From positions 1 through 27,640 of IMG/VR virus record IMGVR_UViG_3300020045_003202: a DNA stretch of 27,640 nt; one strand, given 5' to 3'. This document shows, one piece after another, positions 24,904 through 27,640 of this stretch. Source of the DNA: a virus (taxonomy: Duplodnaviria > Caudoviricetes). Numbering within the stretch: the first letter of the stretch is position 1; every line of letters begins with the position of its first letter. A program made the position numbers and the translations under genes. The notes under the pieces are model-generated. The model saw nothing but the letters and a program-made list of their open reading frames with translations. It searched no databases and had not been told where the DNA came from.

Positions 24904-25217
24904 CCACATTCACCCGCGAAGACTACGAGATGGCGGCTAAGGCGGCTGGATTGCGCATTAAATGGATTGGCGAAGTCGCCCACGACTGCACAAAGCTGAA
25001 GCCCGATGCGCCAGCATTCAAGGGGTCCATGTGGAACCCACCCGAAGACGACGGCGATGCGCTGAGGTTGGCGGTTAAGTTGAATTTGCTCGGGTCTCCA
25101 GAATTATTCCACTTTCGCTCGCTTGAGCGATTTGGTCGGCAAGATGCGGACGACATTACCGCCACCCGTCGCGCCATCTTCCGCGCAGCCATTGCCATCG
25201 GGCGGGCCATGCCATGA
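24900..25217 (+). CDS. Conserved phage protein (WNP..DDGDALRLAV.L)
   Basis: Recurrent phage family motif with an ATRRAI.RAA..IG ending. Confidence 0.7.
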   Translation: MTTFTREDYEMAAKAAGLRIKWIGEVAHDCTKLKPDAPAFKGSMWNPPEDDGDALRLAVKLNLLGSPELFHFRSLERFGRQDADDITATRRAIFRAAIAIGRAMP

Positions 25218-25405
25218 GCGCCCGCACCCTACCCGGCGACGTTGCCCGCTGCCCCGGTATCGGCTCAGACGAAGAGGGATGGCACGAGGAATGCGAGACT
25301 TGCCTGCGCCGCACAGCCGCGCCAACTGACCACCCGAGTCAGTCGCACATGGCGCCACCGGCAGTCATCACGTTTTTCTGCCCGTCCTACATGAGCGACA
25401 AATGA
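25214..25405 (+). CDS. Small Cys-rich protein
   Basis: D.ARC.G...C..C.R...C pattern. ATGA couplings. Confidence 0.6.
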   Translation: MSARTLPGDVARCPGIGSDEEGWHEECETCLRRTAAPTDHPSQSHMAPPAVITFFCPSYMSDK

Positions 25406-25833
25406 GCGAGTCTCTTGAAATCAAGCTCCACAACCGGCAGCAAGCATGGGAAGCCGTGAAGACTCGCGTCTTTCCGTTTCTCAAGCAAGCCATGCAGGCC
25501 GGTCGAATCTGGATCTTGACGATCAAGCTGGAGACACGGACGCAGGCACAAAACCGCCTCATGTGGCCCATCTTGACCGAGTTCTCCAATCAGCTTGAAT
25601 GGCCGGTTGACGGTCGCATGACGAAGATGGAGCCTGACGAATGGAAGGACGTGCTTAGTGCGGGCTTCTACAAAGAGACTGTCAGGCTTGCGATGGGCCT
25701 AAGTGGTGGCGTTGTGGTGCTTGGGCGTAGAACCAGCAAGTTCAACAAAGACCAGTTCTCGGACTGGATCGAATTTTTGTATGCAACTGCCGCAGATCGT
25801 GGCGTACTGTTGCCAGCATGGGGTTACGAATGA
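25402..25833 (+). CDS. ninB: NinB/Orf-family recombination protein
   Basis: RT..QN.LMW..L...S.Q..W..DG....WKD, G....LG..TSK...FS..IEF.YA motifs. Confidence 0.88.
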   Translation: MSESLEIKLHNRQQAWEAVKTRVFPFLKQAMQAGRIWILTIKLETRTQAQNRLMWPILTEFSNQLEWPVDGRMTKMEPDEWKDVLSAGFYKETVRLAMGLSGGVVVLGRRTSKFNKDQFSDWIEFLYATAADRGVLLPAWGYE

Positions 25834-26060
25834 CCGACCGAACCGAATGGTTTTCACCCGACGTAGACCCCGCAATCGGTGGTGTCTATGAGCGCCTGTA
25901 CGATGAGGGCGATCCTGCCGAATCGGTGGCATTCTGCAAACACCTGTGCGGCACATGGTTTGCTGCATCGCTGACCGTTGACGGAGCGAACGAAAGCCGC
26001 GTACCGTCGCCGCTGCAGAACCTCAAATGGCGCGGGCTTGCGAAGGATCCGGAGCAATGA
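25830..26060 (+). CDS. Hypothetical protein
   Basis: T.WF...V.P...GVYER...WRGL motif. ATGA couplings. Confidence 0.65.
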   Translation: MTDRTEWFSPDVDPAIGGVYERLYDEGDPAESVAFCKHLCGTWFAASLTVDGANESRVPSPLQNLKWRGLAKDPEQ

Positions 26061-26242
26061 GCACCGAAAGAATCCCCGCCGCTGCCCGTCGCAAGATCGA
26101 ACGCCTAGAGCGCGAGAACGAGGAGCTGCGCAGCGAGCTAAAGGAACACCTGCGGATCCACGGTGAGGCGCTTTGCGAACTGGTCACGTACAAGATCCGC
26201 TGCGAGCAAGCCGCGAACGTGCTGAAAGGGTTGGACGAATGA
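26057..26242 (+). CDS. Hypothetical coiled-coil protein
   Basis: GGAG RBS and ATGA couplings. Confidence 0.55.
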   Translation: MSTERIPAAARRKIERLERENEELRSELKEHLRIHGEALCELVTYKIRCEQAANVLKGLDE

Positions 26243-26613
26243 GCCTAGTTTGCGTCCGATGCCGTCGCCCAATGTCCGCCGCATTTGCCACTGTCGGTGA
26301 GTACGCCTACGGTCCAAAGTGCGCCAAGATCGCCGGGTTGCTGCCAAACGTCAGCCACGCACCACGGGCGCCGATGGCTCAACCCGAGGTAGACGCCCGC
26401 CAACTGGCCCTAGACCTCGCCAGCGAACACAAACCAGCGCGGCAGGGGCACAGGTACACCCACGACGGAATCAGCGTCATGGCGATGGAAAACGGCGAGC
26501 GGGTGCAGGTTGCGGAAATCGGCCCGCTGTGGCTTGGCGCACGGCACACAGTCGATGCGCGTGATCTGGTCCCGCAGCCGATGGCGTACTTTCACGGAGC
26601 AATACCACAATGA
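26239..26613 (+). CDS. Hypothetical protein with N-terminal Zn-finger-like motif
   Basis: C.RC.RP....GP.CA motif. ATGA couplings. Confidence 0.6.
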   Translation: MSLVCVRCRRPMSAAFATVGEYAYGPKCAKIAGLLPNVSHAPRAPMAQPEVDARQLALDLASEHKPARQGHRYTHDGISVMAMENGERVQVAEIGPLWLGARHTVDARDLVPQPMAYFHGAIPQ

Positions 26614-26969
26614 GACGAAACACAAACCCCAAAGCGCTGAACGAGGCAGAACCTCGCCCGGCAATGATCCTGCGACTGTTGTCGGAGGCCCAACAGGGCC
26701 AGCCGTGCGCCGTTTCAATTGCGGAGGCGATGGAGTTCAGGCGGCATCAATACGGGCTCAAGGCATCGGAGTTCGCCGCCATCCTGGGCCTGACAGCTCC
26801 GCACTACAGCGAAATGGCATCAGGTAAGCGCAACTTCCCGCTGAATGCCAGAATCCGCGCCTATGCAATCGGCGTGCCTGCCGAGGTGTTGCTTCAGCAT
26901 GAAACCGAGATGGTCAAGGCCAAAGCCGGAGAGGGTCCGCGTGCAAGCAAAGCCACCAAAGCCCCGTAA
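26610..26969 (+). CDS. XRE-family HTH protein, HigA-antitoxin-like
   Basis: EA..FR..Q.GL....A..LG......SE...GKR...L.......GVPAE.L, as in HigA C-terminal domains. Confidence 0.65.
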   Translation: MRRNTNPKALNEAEPRPAMILRLLSEAQQGQPCAVSIAEAMEFRRHQYGLKASEFAAILGLTAPHYSEMASGKRNFPLNARIRAYAIGVPAEVLLQHETEMVKAKAGEGPRASKATKAP

Positions 26970-27504
26970 GTGCAAGTCCTGCGCGGTCGAGTTCACCCCG
27001 CAGCGCATGGGCCAGGCCGTTTGCAGCCCCGTCTGTGCGCTGGAGCTGGTGCGCAAGGGCAAGGCCAAGACCGACGCCATCAAGGCTAAGGTGGAGCGCA
27101 GAGAGACGCGGGCAAAGCTCAACCGTCTGAAAAGTCTCAGCGACCTGCACAAAGAGGCGCAGCAGGCATTCAACGCATGGGTGCGAGCGCGTGACGCTGG
27201 GCAGCCCTGCATCTCGTGCGGGCGCCATCATCAAGGCCAGATACATGCCGGGCACTACCTCAGCCGTGGAGCGCACCCAGAGCTGCGATACGAGCCCACC
27301 AACTGCCACGCACAGTGCGCCCCCTGCAACACCCACCTGAGCGGAAACCTTGTCCTCTACCGGGTAAACCTCATCGCCCGCATTGGATTGAATCGCGCCG
27401 AATGGCTGGAAGGCCCGCACGATCCAGTAAAACGCACGGTGGATTCGCTCAAGGCCCTGATCAAAACGTATCGAGAAAAGCGGAAAGTCCTTGAAACGTC
27501 CTGA
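26941..27504 (+). CDS. ninG: NinG/Rap-family recombination endonuclease
   Basis: KC..C...F.P....Q.VCS..CA, AQ.AFN.WVR.RD...PCISCG, HAGHY.S.GA..ELRY...NCH.QC..CN..LSGN. GTG start chosen from the GGAG RBS. Confidence 0.92.
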   Translation: MQAKPPKPRKCKSCAVEFTPQRMGQAVCSPVCALELVRKGKAKTDAIKAKVERRETRAKLNRLKSLSDLHKEAQQAFNAWVRARDAGQPCISCGRHHQGQIHAGHYLSRGAHPELRYEPTNCHAQCAPCNTHLSGNLVLYRVNLIARIGLNRAEWLEGPHDPVKRTVDSLKALIKTYREKRKVLETS

Positions 27505-27519
27505 CACACGGGGCACAAT
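27491..27519 (+). promoter_or_regulatory. Sigma70-like promoter
   Basis: TTGAAA-17 bp-CACAAT upstream of a GGAG RBS and ATG at 27541. Confidence 0.5.
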
Positions 27520-27540
27520 CAACAAACCCCGGAGCCACAC

Positions 27541-27640
27541 ATGGACAAGATCAGCAACCACTTCCCGCCCAACGTGCGTGACCAACTGGTCGAGGCATCC
27601 AAGGTCGATGAAGGCATCGAGGAAAGCGTCAAGCGCATCG
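27541..27640 (+). CDS. Hypothetical protein, 3' truncated by window
   Basis: GGAG RBS. Frame open to the window end. Confidence 0.5.
   Translation, partial: MDKISNHFPPNVRDQLVEASKVDEGIEESVKRI

Overview
A 27.6-kb segment of a GC-rich tailed dsDNA phage with a siphovirus-type tail and lambdoid gene order. The host is probably a betaproteobacterium (inference). Positions 1-11294 (+) form the late region: tape-measure C-terminus, Dit-like, hub-like, NlpC/P60 and J-like tail-tip genes, accessory virion genes including a PhoD-family metallophosphoesterase, then holin, M15 endolysin and Rz/Rz1. Positions 11283-19770 (-) form the early-left arm: small ORFs, an exonuclease with a putative annealing partner, an HNH, a DNA amino-methyltransferase and an SF2 helicase. 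Positions 19922-27640 (+) form the early-right arm: HNH, replication initiator and loader-like genes, a LuxR-type HTH, NinB, a HigA-like HTH and NinG. No integrase or CI/Cro pair is visible. The most striking signal is five copies of one 56-bp promoter architecture, CGAT(A/T)G-N7-CAAT / -35 / 17 bp / -10 / 5 bp / CATYG. At the early divergence point two copies sit back-to-back and form an OxyR-type N7-spaced tetrad with a central GATC. Other points of interest are a signal-less PhoD that one extra G would fuse to a lectin-like virion protein, two HNH genes each with its own promoter and structured leader, 11-bp-phased iterons with a perfect (CTCCGT)10 tract in the initiator gene, and an orphan HigA-like gene. 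All family calls come from recognising motifs by eye; no database searches were run.
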